In this document: one piece after another, positions 36,712 to 48,240 of the stretch
Position numbering within the stretch: position 1 is the first letter of the stretch
Layout: each line of letters opens with the position of its first letter
DNA from: Azolla caroliniana
Taxonomy: Eukaryota > Plantae > Polypodiophyta
Reading direction: 5' to 3'
Length of the DNA: 64,000 bases
NCBI GenBank assembly: GCA_043228905.1
Contig: JBHGNT010000022.1
Location: 62,001 to 126,000, forward strand
Notes under the pieces: model-generated
Told to the model about the DNA's origin: nothing
The model's input: the letters and a program-made list of their open reading frames with translations, nothing else
The model's database searches: none
Position numbers and translations under genes: made by a program

Positions 36712-38430
36712 GGAAGAAAACCAAAGAAGAGAAACGGAAGACTCAAGAGTGTCTCCAAAAAAGTCAATTGAACAATGACCGGCTAAAGGAGGAAAGAGAA
36801 AAGCTACTACAAGAGAAGGACAAGCTCCAGAGAATGGCGAAAACAGAAATAGAATGGTTGAAGCAGCAAATCCGGCAACATAAGGAGAGAGAGGATCGGG
36901 TAAGATCTCAAATAAACTGACGACTGAAGCAAAAAACAGAGGACTTCAAAAAGTTGCATCTGGACCATAAGCAGCTTGAAGCGGAACACAAGAAGTTGAG
37001 GTCGGATTTTGACTAACAGTAAGAGAAATTGAAGGAGTTCTGGACGGAACTGGCAAAGAAAACAGAGGCGATGGCGGAAGAACAAAAATCGACGGTCTCC
37101 ACGGCAAAGATGTTGGAAGAAGCAGCAAGGTAAAGAATGGGGCTGACCAAGAAGCACTATGAGGAAGTAGAATGGGCAAAAATGGCTTTGGATAGGGTCC
37201 AAACTACCTACCAAACCAAGTTTCTAGATTATGAAGTACAGGCACAGGCCACTGCCGCCCTTATCAAGAAGGATGAAGGATGTGAAGCAGTCTGCAGAGG
37301 ATAGTGTAAAGCTCGGTGTAGAACGGATCCAGATGATAGTCACGACATGGAAGGACTGGACAAAGACAAACATTGATGATTGTTCGGCCATCGTGTGGAA
37401 TCAATGGTCACCACAAGTAGCAGAACTCCAGATTGTTCGAGCCAATGCAGAAAACCGGAAGAAGGTCGGTGACAATTTCTACAAGATGCTTTTCCTTGGA
37501 CGAAACTCACCTCAAAGTTGTCTGGAGGCTGATTGAAAGGCTCGATGATCATCAACTTAGAACACGGTTATAGTTCGAGCAATACAAGCGGGAGCGCCGA
37601 CGAGTAGAAGTGGAAAAAAGAGCGGCAACCATAAATATTAGTGATGAGGAACAACCAGAAGAGCCACGGAACTAGCAGCCGAAGGAAGTCGGAGTGGAGC
37701 AGCCAGATGGAGCCAGTACGGATCGAATGAAAAAGGTGGGACGGAACAAGTAGAGCAAGCCGGAAATGGAGAGAACGCTAGAGCCGGAGCCGGACAAGAA
37801 CAACACCAACTGGAAGGAGCCGGAGAACAGCAACAACAACAACATCAAAGTGAAGCACCACTCGAACCCTTGGATCAGAGCATTTTGGACATACTTAACG
37901 AGGAGTGACGGAGCTAAACCGTGGGTTCAACGTGCAATGCACTGTCCCACGGGCATGCCATGTGTTGGTCAGAGTATGGTTCGGATGATAAGTGGGGAAT
38001 GGGACGAGTCAGGAACAAATATTATTAGGTTAATAATTAGTTAGAAATACTACAGGAACGGACGACTCCGGAATAGTTGCACCGATCCGAATCCGAACCG
38101 ATTCATAGTCGATTGTCAGTATGGCACCATTTTGTAATTGGAACCGGAGGCCTATAAAAGGATCCGGAAAGCAAGTAATGAACAAAGGAAGTAATATAAG
38201 TTTGGATTTGGATTAAGTATTGTATATCTTGTCTACTTACCGTCCTGTGCTTAATTTTATATCTCACGTGTGTTAATCAATCGGTGTTACATTACTATCC
38301 CAGAACTGATCTAGACAGTCGGATTAGAATCGAATCGGTGTCGGATAACATCATTCCCATAACCACCCCTTTGGTGAAGTGTTCCGGAAGGACACCCTGT
38401 GTTTGTGGCTAGTCCAGCCCAGGATAAACA
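33931..38430 (+). mobile_element. 3' part of LTR element Y (Arg-PBS group): decayed extra ORF with coiled coil and LTR 37963-38430
   Basis: LTR runs TGTTGG...TAAACA with CCTATAAAAG near 38151. The frame is continuous across the TRIM insertion (...VHPQPP|AMQKNKVGFII...MDWPMIVVDSL). E/K/Q-rich coiled coil at 36400-37200. Confidence 0.72.
34237..35480 (+). mobile_element. TRIM-like miniature LTR retrotransposon (LTRs 34237-34596 and 35149-35480; 552-bp non-coding core)
   Basis: TGTT...AACA direct repeats, TSD CACCC (34232-34236, 35481-35485), PBS TGGCATGCCCGGTGGGAC at 34601-34618 (recalled plant tRNA-Arg(UCU) 3' end). No PPT. Confidence 0.93.
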
Positions 38431-41400
38431 CATTAGTCCACTCTAATCTAACCAATCATGTTTTTCTTAGGAGGGAAAGGGTATTCTAGAAGCTAGTTGA
38501 CCCTTCCAAGCAGGGGGGAAAGAAAGTCATAAGAAAGGGAAAATTCCAACAAAGACAGCTCGGGTTCTCCCAATGCTTGTTTTCCATAAATAAGAGAAGA
38601 GTTCTTTAGGTTTTCAGTGTGTGTCTTGCATATATTCAGACTTTGGTGATGATTCCATGATGCTACCTCAACACCTAATTTGTGTGAGTCCAAAGAAGTG
38701 TTGGGTATCTTTGAGAGCCTAGATTGATGGGGGTAGCAAGATGCAATTGGATATGTTTTCACTACCCCTAAGAAAGAAAAATCTTTTTTGAAAAAGGAAA
38801 CCATCTCCATTGTAAAAAGTGGCATAATAAAGTTTGTATAACACCTATAACCAACAAAAATAAAGAGAGTTATTGACTAAGCCATACCTCAATTGGATAT
38901 ATTCAAAGGATAGAAATGATGGTGTTATTAGAGGGATATACTAAAGGCATGTCAAGGGGGAATTATTTGAACCTCATAGGTCCAATGATCATGGAGATAG
39001 TTATAATACCTTCAAGAGGTTAATTCATTCGGATCATGTCATTATTAACTAGGTACAATAAAGCAATACCTCGTTTAACAATAAATATGTGGTATGGTGT
39101 AGATAAAGGTCATGAGAATATAGGAAAAGATGTGGACCCTAGTTTGTAGGTTGGTAGCCTACTAGCTTGACCATTGTGATAAAGGTATTCGAAAGCTAAT
39201 GACTTGACCATTGGAGTTTGATTGTAATGACATGAAGGAGAACATGATAGACAATATTAGTTTGGCTCATCTACATACATTAACCATTTTTGCATGATAA
39301 AATGTGATCTTTGTGAGTAATATTTCTACGACTACATATTTGATGTGTGTATGACTATCTATCAAGGTGCATATGGCATCTCTTTACTATATGGATATTT
39401 ATGTCAATGTCTTCTACATATAACACATAACAGGATAAAGAATTATCCTCCTTGATGTCATTATATGGTGGCTAGCATAACCTATAAAGTTACAAATGAT
39501 ATGCACAATGTAAATGTATCAAACATAGACACAAATACACAAGAGTATGGTCCTATAATAATATTAGCAAAAATTGTGGAAACATGAACCTACATAACAA
39601 CATTGAACGCAATAAAATCCGTTTCCAAGTATTAATCAAAGACGTCCACACTTTTTGCATACATGCACCTCCATGTATAAAATAAAGGTGTCTATGATGA
39701 TAAGTTATAACCAAGCTTTCTAAGTTTATGAGTTAAGAGGGTTCTCAAGTATGAACTTTGAAGCATTAAGTTATTTTAAACTTTCAATCAACTTTTTGTG
39801 TTCACGATTACGTATTTCTAAAGTTTTTGGAAAATATTGAACCATAACATGAATGTTATAGTCAACATTTATCTGTATGCTACAAGAAATAGAATTTCCA
39901 CAAATGTAAACTTTTTGAAAATCCCAACACTTCGTATGTGTTCGAAAATACTCTCTATGGGTGCCAGAGTATTTATTATATGTTTTTGTCTTTAACCCAC
40001 ACGAAATCTTGATGAGTGGAATATGTTAAGATGTTGGAGAAACAAAATACTATTTCCAAGATGCTTCCAAAAATAGGATCATATGCATACATATTTCATA
40101 TCCATAAAAGTAACATTGGTTTATATTAAAGAAAGTTCCACTTATCATAAGGGTGTGATGTCCCTTATGAAATATTTGCTAGTTGGTCTACACCTTGAGA
40201 TTTGTGTCAATTGTTGATGCAATTGTGGATAAGTTGGGAACATGGCCTTGCACACCATGTTACACTCAAGTGCAGTGAATGTTGTTAAACTTAGGCTTTA
40301 GTTATGAAGATCACATTTAATCAACATCAAATTTGGTGCTACCAGTTTAGTATATCTTGTTCAAGGTATAATCTTGTTTAACACAACTTGGTTATCTTGT
40401 TGGCGTAACACATAGACAATAAGGTAATTGTCATTAGTTGTAAAGGTTCTTGAAATATATCCCAAAAAATGTAACATAACACCCACAAGCTTGAGACAAG
40501 CTTGACTTCTACTCAAAACTCAAAGAGTCAAATATCTGTGCATTTGCCAAACTCAAATATTCAAATATATATGATGAAGTTGAAGGCAAAATTTGAGCAT
40601 TTTGTACTAAGAATTCTGCATTTTGCATGCATTTATGAATGCCGACAAGCACAGCAACAAATATGTCATGCGTTGACTGTTACTTCTTTGATTATTGAGT
40701 CCAAGACATAAACATCCTAAATACAATACTATCCTACTCTATCATATGCTTGTACTAACCAACTATGTTTTTTGCCCAATTATCCAAAAGGATAATAAAA
40801 GTATTATAACTACACCTTTTTTCATGGCTTTCGGTAAAACAAGAAAGAGTGCCCCAAATTTTGTGTCAATTTTTTAGGAGCATTCATAATATGTGCAACA
40901 TCTAGAATTATTAACAATGCATTACATATTTTTCAAAATAATTGGTTGGGGACATTACATGTAATCATCTTTCACCAACTTACTATAGATAAAAACTGGA
41001 AAAACAAAGGTATACACTAGGGCTCTAACTAGATATTAGATTGGTCGTAATTGCTACAAAATTTGTGCTATAGACATCTTTGTTCATCACGAAATGATGG
41101 CTTTAAGAATGAAACAAAAAACTATAAATGGTGTTATTGTGTGCTTTCATCAAGATGACATGGTGGTGATAATGCAAATGATAATATTGTGATTGTGATT
41201 GTTCTAGAATATGTATGTCTCTCATCCTTCCATGCTCTTTACAATTCGGGGATTCGTGTCTACTCGTAGGCTACCCAATTGAGATGGCACATACAAACAA
41301 ATGAATGCTTTGTCAAAAAAAGAGATCCACCACCCAATAATACTTGTTGTCATTATTACAATTGTATATATAAAACATTGACGAATTAAAATTTCATGGA

Positions 41401-41661
41401 AGAATATGGCGAAAAGGAAAAACTCGAGAGGATATTAATGCAAACATTAAAGAGGGCGAAACATTAGACATAGCATTATTACATTTGTTTAAAAGGACGA
41501 CGTGACACTTTCATGAGAACCAGATTGTATGAGCTTTAAAGGGTGAATGAACAAGGAGACTAGTGCACACAAACCTTAGTCTAATTTCCATGAGTAGTAT
41601 TACTTCTAGTAATACCAAGGCACCTTTTGCTAGAACAAAGCTAAGTTTAGATTGCGTTATA

Positions 41662-44600
41662 ATGTGGCAACGAATTGGCTTAATCTTATTCATGTTGATA
41701 ACATTCCCACATACCTCCACTAGTTTTATAGTGGAAAATGACACTAATTATAGCAATAATGGTGGAGGAGCCATGTTTGTGTTTGGTGACTCCTTAGTGG
41801 ATGCAGGGAACAACAATTATCTATCTTTCTCTATAGCCACAGCTAAGAGTCTACCTAATGGTATAGACTTCCCTCAACCCAATGGAAATCGCCCAACAGG
41901 AAGATTCACCAATGGCCTCATATTGCCAGACATCATTGGTATAAACTAGTCTCCCTTTCTCTCGATATCTCTTTTTAGTTTGTTTCTAAAATCATCTTAC
42001 AAAAATGTAATTTCATTTACGAATTTCCGATATAAATTTAGTTATTGTGTGGAATTTGGTAGGAATGAAGACGGGCCATGCTATGGTGCCTCCATCTTTG
42101 GCCCCCAATGCCCACGGTGTTGGTCTTCTCCATGGTGTCAACTATGCGTCAGGTGGTGGTGGCATTCTTAACAACACTGGCAGGATTTTTGTAAGCCGTT
42201 ATTCATCTTCCAAATAGTTAACTAAATTTTCTCGACAAGATTATAACAAATCTACCTTAATTTCTAGTTTAGTGATATCTAAGTTTCCTTGTTCACATTT
42301 CCTTTCCCTCTTACCAAATTTGGGGGGCACTAGCCCACCAAAGGTTAAACTCTTATTGCCTTCATTGCAATGCCAAGGAATGCATTCAGACCCTCACATG
42401 TCAATGGTTGAACCTCTAGCATGTGACATATATGTGCATGTACTATAGTGACCCCAATATACCTCTAACTAGTCTCAATATTTGCATTGCATGTATTGAT
42501 GTATGTTGTGCCCCCCATTCAATTTAGAATCTTTTCAAATCATAAACCATTGAATAGATGTTTTCCATACACATATGTACATATATATGCATGTAGGAGA
42601 AGAATGGTGTGTCCATGAATGTGTGTAAAATTTGTTGTCACATTGTTTACATTGGTCTAATAAATCAAAAGTTATACTTGTTTATTTGGTTTTGTTAGAC
42701 ATTCGTATTTATTTATTGAAAGATATGATTATTTGGTTAGCATAAGTTGTGTCTACAACTTCAAAGTAGAAATTAAGATGCAAGCATTTTGTGTCTCTAC
42801 AAATGTGTTTTCCTTGCCTACACAAAAATAACAATGGGACAAATAACTAGGTTATTGGAGTTGTTTGGATACGTTTGTTGAAAATGAGGTGGGGACTATG
42901 TCCGCTTTGGTGGGAAGGCCAGAGTGAGGGTTGTTGAGAGGAATTTTGAGAGGAATTTTGAGAGTTCTATGATGTAATTTTGTTTGCTAACTAATGCGAA
43001 GCAGTATTTTTTTTGGAAAAAAATAAAATAACAATGGGATGTTGAGATGTATGGCATGTTGACATGGCATGAAGTGTTGCCTTTTTGTTTGATGAAAAAC
43101 ATTTCTGTTTCAATAGGTTGACCGCATTTCCATGGATGTGCAAGTTAGTTACTTCGATCAAACAATTGTAGAACTCAATCAGTTCATGTCTCCAAGCAAT
43201 GTTGCCATTCTTCTATCAAGGGCCATCTATATGGTAGTGGTGGGAGCAAATGACTTCTTGGACAATTACTTATTCCCCATTCCTGTCACTTTGGATCGAT
43301 TCCTTCCTTCATCTGTGTATATCAATAAAGTCATTGCACAATACAATTCTCAACTCATGGTGAGAGAGAAAACAAACACGTTTTTCTTTATTAAGGTTCT
43401 TTCTTTTGATATAACACTTGCATTAATAGGGCCTTCAAAGTGAGAAAGATGGCACAACTTGTCCTTCACAATTGATAATGGCTAAGATTCCTTTAAGCTT
43501 GTTGAAAAAGCAACTTGTGACCAACATGGCTCACAAAATTACTTTCTCATAGCCAAATTTATATTAATGTTTATTAAAAAAAAAGTATGTAAAACTAAGT
43601 AAATTCAAATACCTATGGTAGTGCAATATGATGGAACAAAATTATGGATTTCCTTCCCAAATGAGTGGATAAATAAATAGTCTTAAGAAATAAGAATGGC
43701 TCCACAAAAACTTATAGTTTCTTTAAATCAATTCCTAGTTTAGACCTCCTTTCCATGAGAAACTTATTCTTTCTCTACTTTTGCCTTTGTGTCGCGTGTT
43801 CTTATTCACCTTGAAAACAATATTTCCAGAGTTTGTCATTGTTTTTAGTTTGTTGTTATTGTTCGTTTATCTTCTCATATGATACAAAACCTTTTTCTAG
43901 AAACGAAAAAAAGATACAATACCTTTACTTGTCTAATTGATATCTAATAACTTTTCTTTCAACATCATACTCTCTTTGTATATCACACAAGTTTAGTTAA
44001 GACTCATTTCAAAGCTAACAAATACAAAATCATTCATTTCTTATTTGTGCCCTAACTTACTCGTTTTGTTTTGGAATGCAAACATGTAATTTTAGAGGAT
44101 ATACAAAAATGGAGCTCGCAAGTTCATCATTGTCAACATCCCAGCACTTGGTTGTGCCCCTTACCAACGGTCTTTGCAAGTTGGAACAGGGGGGAAATGC
44201 AATGAAAGGGCCAATCGTCTTGCAAATGTTTTTAATGTTCATCTTAAAACAATGGTTGACAATCTCAATGCAAATCTTCCCGATGCAATGTTCCTATATG
44301 CAGATGCATTTACTCTTTTCGTCAAACTCCTTGATAACTTTCAACAATATGGTACCTTTATTAGATGGTTGTCCTGTCAAATGCATTCATGGCACACACA
44401 TTCACACACATTCTGCAAAAAGAAATTTGTTTCAAACAAAGAAAGAAATAAAACATAGCATGAAAACATTATTTTCCACTTGCAAAAAGCTATGAAATAT
44501 TAACCATCCAAGGACCTTCCGTTAGCAATCTTTCTCAAATTAAAATTTGAACATATTAAACTAACTAAACAAAAAACGACTTTGCATCATAAAAGAAAAC

Positions 44601-44892
44601 TTCATTTATAGTATTAATAGTTGTGCCAAAATTGGATTCTAATTGCACTAATATGGATTTGCAATGTTTAGGTTTCGAAAATATTGATACAGCATGTTGT
44701 GGAGCGTTAGGGTCAAAGAAAGGGATTGTTCCTTGCCGTTCATTTGTCAAGGATTGTAAGGATAGATCAAAATTCTTTTTTTGGGATCCATATCACCCCA
44801 CACAAGGTGTATATGAAATATTTGCTAACGAGTTCTATGAAGGGAACCAATACATTTCACCAATGAACATACGCAACCTTATGGCCCTATAA
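41662..44892 (+). CDS. GDSL esterase/lipase (SGNH), ~374 aa, probably secreted; exons 41662-41938, 42063-42190, 43117-43359, 44096-44351, 44672-44892
   Basis: Blocks [51 protein letters not shown] and FFWDPYHPT. All introns are GT-AG and the spliced length of 1125 nt is in frame. N-terminus is hydrophobic. An alternative in-frame ATG lies at 41590. Confidence 0.95.
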
Positions 44893-46060
44893 CTTAAACA
44901 TGCCCTCACAAGCATATATTATTTATATTCCTTTCTTATTTTTATGTGTACATAGAGGGCCGTTGTAAAGGTCTTCATATCAAATCAAAAGGGTTACTTA
45001 TAGGCTATAAATCAAAGCCAAAACACTTTGAATAATAGATATGAGCTACTTCATATGCATGAGCTTAAGCCATACATGTTTTATACTGTAGATGCTCTCG
45101 GCTTTGTTAGAAAATATTGCAATGGTATGCTTGTTACCTTCTTCCTCCATCCACTTCATAAATAATGTTCAGCTTCTTTCATGGCTAACTCATAATTTTA
45201 GTGACAAGCAATAGCACAAATCAAATGCAAAAAACCATGATTGTTCCTTGTCTATGTTGGATTGTATATTTCATAAAAAACAACTTGCGATGCACATTAA
45301 GTTATGCCAAAACCATCAATGATACAATGAGATTGCGCACAAAAATGGATAAAGTCAGTTTAAGGTTTTGGCCATTCACAACAAGCCTCTCCGCCAATAG
45401 GAGAACATCTTGAAAGTAGAAAGGTTTGACTCAATGAAATCATACTTCGTGTGCAAGTACATCAATAGACCTCCAAAGTAAACTTGTTTTTTTCACAAAG
45501 TAAATGTACTACTATCTATTCCAAATAATTGTAACTACAAAACAAATGTGAATTAGCTAGAAGTAAAACCATTCAGATGACTATCTTTAGCCCCATTTTC
45601 ATCTGCTATCTTTAGGATGCTTATTTTGTCCTCTAATTGAGATTGTCCTTCACACCAATCTCATATTCAGCTCTTTATTTTGTTCCCATCTACAACTAAG
45701 CCAAAGTGTAGCATCTCCGTTTACGACGACATCCATAACCACCTTCTAATCCATTCACATTTACAACATCACTCGAACAACACAATAGATGAACATGAGA
45801 ATTTGGACTATTTACCTAGCAATCACCTCACATTTTTAAAAACTCTACTATAAATCTACCTTGAATCTTGACCTAGAGAAAGAAGACACTCCACACATGA
45901 ACTCACTCTACAAGAAAATTTGCACCTCGTCTAATGAAAGCCTTGATTATATCTATCTATGGTTAGCTCATCAAATTAAAAACTATACATATTGGACAAT
46001 CATAGGATGCCAATCCAAAAACAATGACTAGCACTACTAAATGAGCTACATGAAAGGGTA

Positions 46061-46152
46061 GTTTGTGCCCGTAAGTGGCGACGACGCAGATGGTGACGGT
46101 GAAGGGCGGTTTGTGCCCGTAAGTGACGACAACAAAGATGGTGACGGTGACA
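46061..46152. repeat. 48-bp tandem duplication
   Basis: GTTTGTGCCCGTAAGTGRCGAC..C..AGATGGTGACGGTGA occurs twice. Confidence 0.85.
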
Positions 46153-46415
46153 ACAATGACGGTTTCGACGATGAAGAAGGTAAAATGTAGCCTGTCTACA
46201 AGTTGCATGATGGAACGTGGTGCGAGTCTCATCATATCTCCTAGAGGTCATCCTGTGCATGTATCTCACTCGTACCATTTGGTACACCCCTTGATGGACT
46301 ATGTACTGCTAATAAAACATGACTTCGTGTGAGTTGTAGCCTTCGGGCGAGCCAAAGATAAAAAAAAAAAACTAAAGTAGTATCTCTAAATGGAAAAAAA
46401 AAAGAGCTGGATGAA

Positions 46416-46855
46416 ATCTAATGCTTTCCTAAGGTTACCAAAGAGTTTGTGAGCATGTCCTCTCATTTACTTCAATGACAATTATGACTCTTTACAAAAG
46501 AAGAAATGCCATACTCCCAATGTATTTTTTATGGAAATGCATAAATTGGAAACATTTTGTGCATAAAAAAATGAAGTCTTTATAGAGAAGAAGTTCCATA
46601 CTCAAACGTATTTTTATGGAAATACATCAATTGCCAATATTTTGCATCTAAAAAAAGGAAGAACTTTACAGAAGAAACACCATACTTTAGTGTACTTTTT
46701 GGAAATACATCGATTTTGCATCTAATGCTTTCCTAAGGTTTCTGAGAGTTTTGTATGCATTTCTTATCATTTATATCAATGACAATTATGACCTTCATAT
46801 GAGAATAAATACCATACTCCAATGTATTTTTAAGTGGAAATACATCAATTTGAAA
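46416..46855. repeat. Degenerate AT-rich tandem array (~85-bp subunits inside a ~300-bp duplication)
   Basis: CCATACT...TGTATTTTT..GGAAATACAT occurs four times. ATCTAATGCTTTCCTAAGGTT and CAATGACAATTATGAC each occur twice. Confidence 0.8.
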
Positions 46856-48069
46856 GCTCTAAGAAACTCACCATGATATTGATAGTTTACATTCAACATG
46901 AAGAGTAAGGTTTTTAGAGATTGACAAGAATACTAGTGAATAAAATTACTAAACATTGCCAATAAGCCTTCAAAAAGGTTAGTTAAACATTTAAAAAGCA
47001 TTTGTGAAATGTGGCTCTAAAACCCATAGAATGAACAAGCTAGTTTGACAGATTGCAAATTTTATTCGAGCCATCCATGAACGTTTTTTTACATAATTAT
47101 TTATGCACTAACAAAGCCTCAATCATGTGTTTATGCCACACACAAAAATGACTCTAATGATTATCCGTGCACAAATGCATCTCCATTCCAATCTTGTTAT
47201 GTTTACTCTTGCAATTCATCACTGACGACTTCATTTCTTAATTACAAAGCTAGAGCCTTCAAAGCTTACAAAATGTCAAGACAAAATGTGTTTCAAGTAA
47301 AGAGACTTTCCAAAAACAAGTCTTGAAAATTAGTAGCCATGGTTTGGATAAATCTCTATCTTAACAAAGATTTATCCCTTTCTGCACTACTTTACTCCGA
47401 TCCATTGAACTGGATCCATAATCTGTGTGTATATTTGTGTTCAAAGATTAGATTATGGTCCACAAGCTACTGTCTATTTTTACATAAAGTCGATTGCACC
47501 TTACTTAGGTTAATGATAGGATCGTCAGGTATCATCCTCCCGGCAACTGTGGATATTCCATAGACTCTGGTACAAAATAACTGTTGCATCCAAAATGGGG
47601 ATAACCACTACTACACTTATGGCCCAACAATTATACAACATAACAAGGTCAGGAAGCATAATCACCTCGAATGCTGACTGGTTCGGATGCATCCATATGG
47701 ACACCTCGAGAGAAATATCACGTGAATCCATGGGAGGCATAAAAGATCCCCGAGAGACCACACCATGAAAAGAAATATAATCATGACTGTGACAACCCGC
47801 TGAGAGTCGAAATCATGTAGGGAAGTTGGTTGCCGATGATGATGCTTTCCAGATTTTATGTGAAACATGAGGATATAGCCCAAGCATAATGAGCCCACTT
47901 ATGAGGCAAAGGATGATGAGCACAAGTGTGCCTATACCAAGCATATGGGTAGGGGAGGGCATCACCTGGTTAAATGTTAGTGAGCATAGTCAAGCCAAGC
48001 ATCTCAGCATGGGAGGCAAAAGGATTGTTTCCCACAAAGAGTATTTTTCTCTCTCTTAATGTAATTAAA

Positions 48070-48240
48070 TTACCCTAGTGGTAAGTTCTTAGACTATTAG
48101 CAATATGTCTTTTGGGTTCGAGACCCAATTTTCTTACCTCTCTATTACTTCATAAGTATCATCTTAGTTCAATAGATGCCATTGTGGAATGTAGGGGTTG
48201 AACCCATGAGCTCCTGGTCTCCATTGCAAAACTTTACATC
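48070..48240. other. Two converging degenerate tRNA-like (possible SINE head) motifs
   Basis: Plus strand has CTAGTGGTAAG (A-box-like) and GGTTCGAGACCC (48115-48126). Minus strand has GGGTTCAACCCC near 48195-48205. Confidence 0.35.

Noticed and set aside
38493-38825. Minus-strand ORF with SHKLGVEVASW resembling a LINE C-terminal motif
   Set aside because: A single weak motif with no RT recognisable upstream.
41499-41504. GACGTG bZIP-type site upstream of the GDSL gene
   Set aside because: A single hexamer is expected by chance and has no supporting context.
47525-48050. Minus-strand ORFs in a moderately GC-rich patch
   Set aside because: No recognisable protein, RNA gene or termini.
48070-48130. 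Functional tRNA gene
   Set aside because: A- and B-box-like motifs are present but the cloverleaf stems do not pair, so it is kept only as a low-confidence relic.
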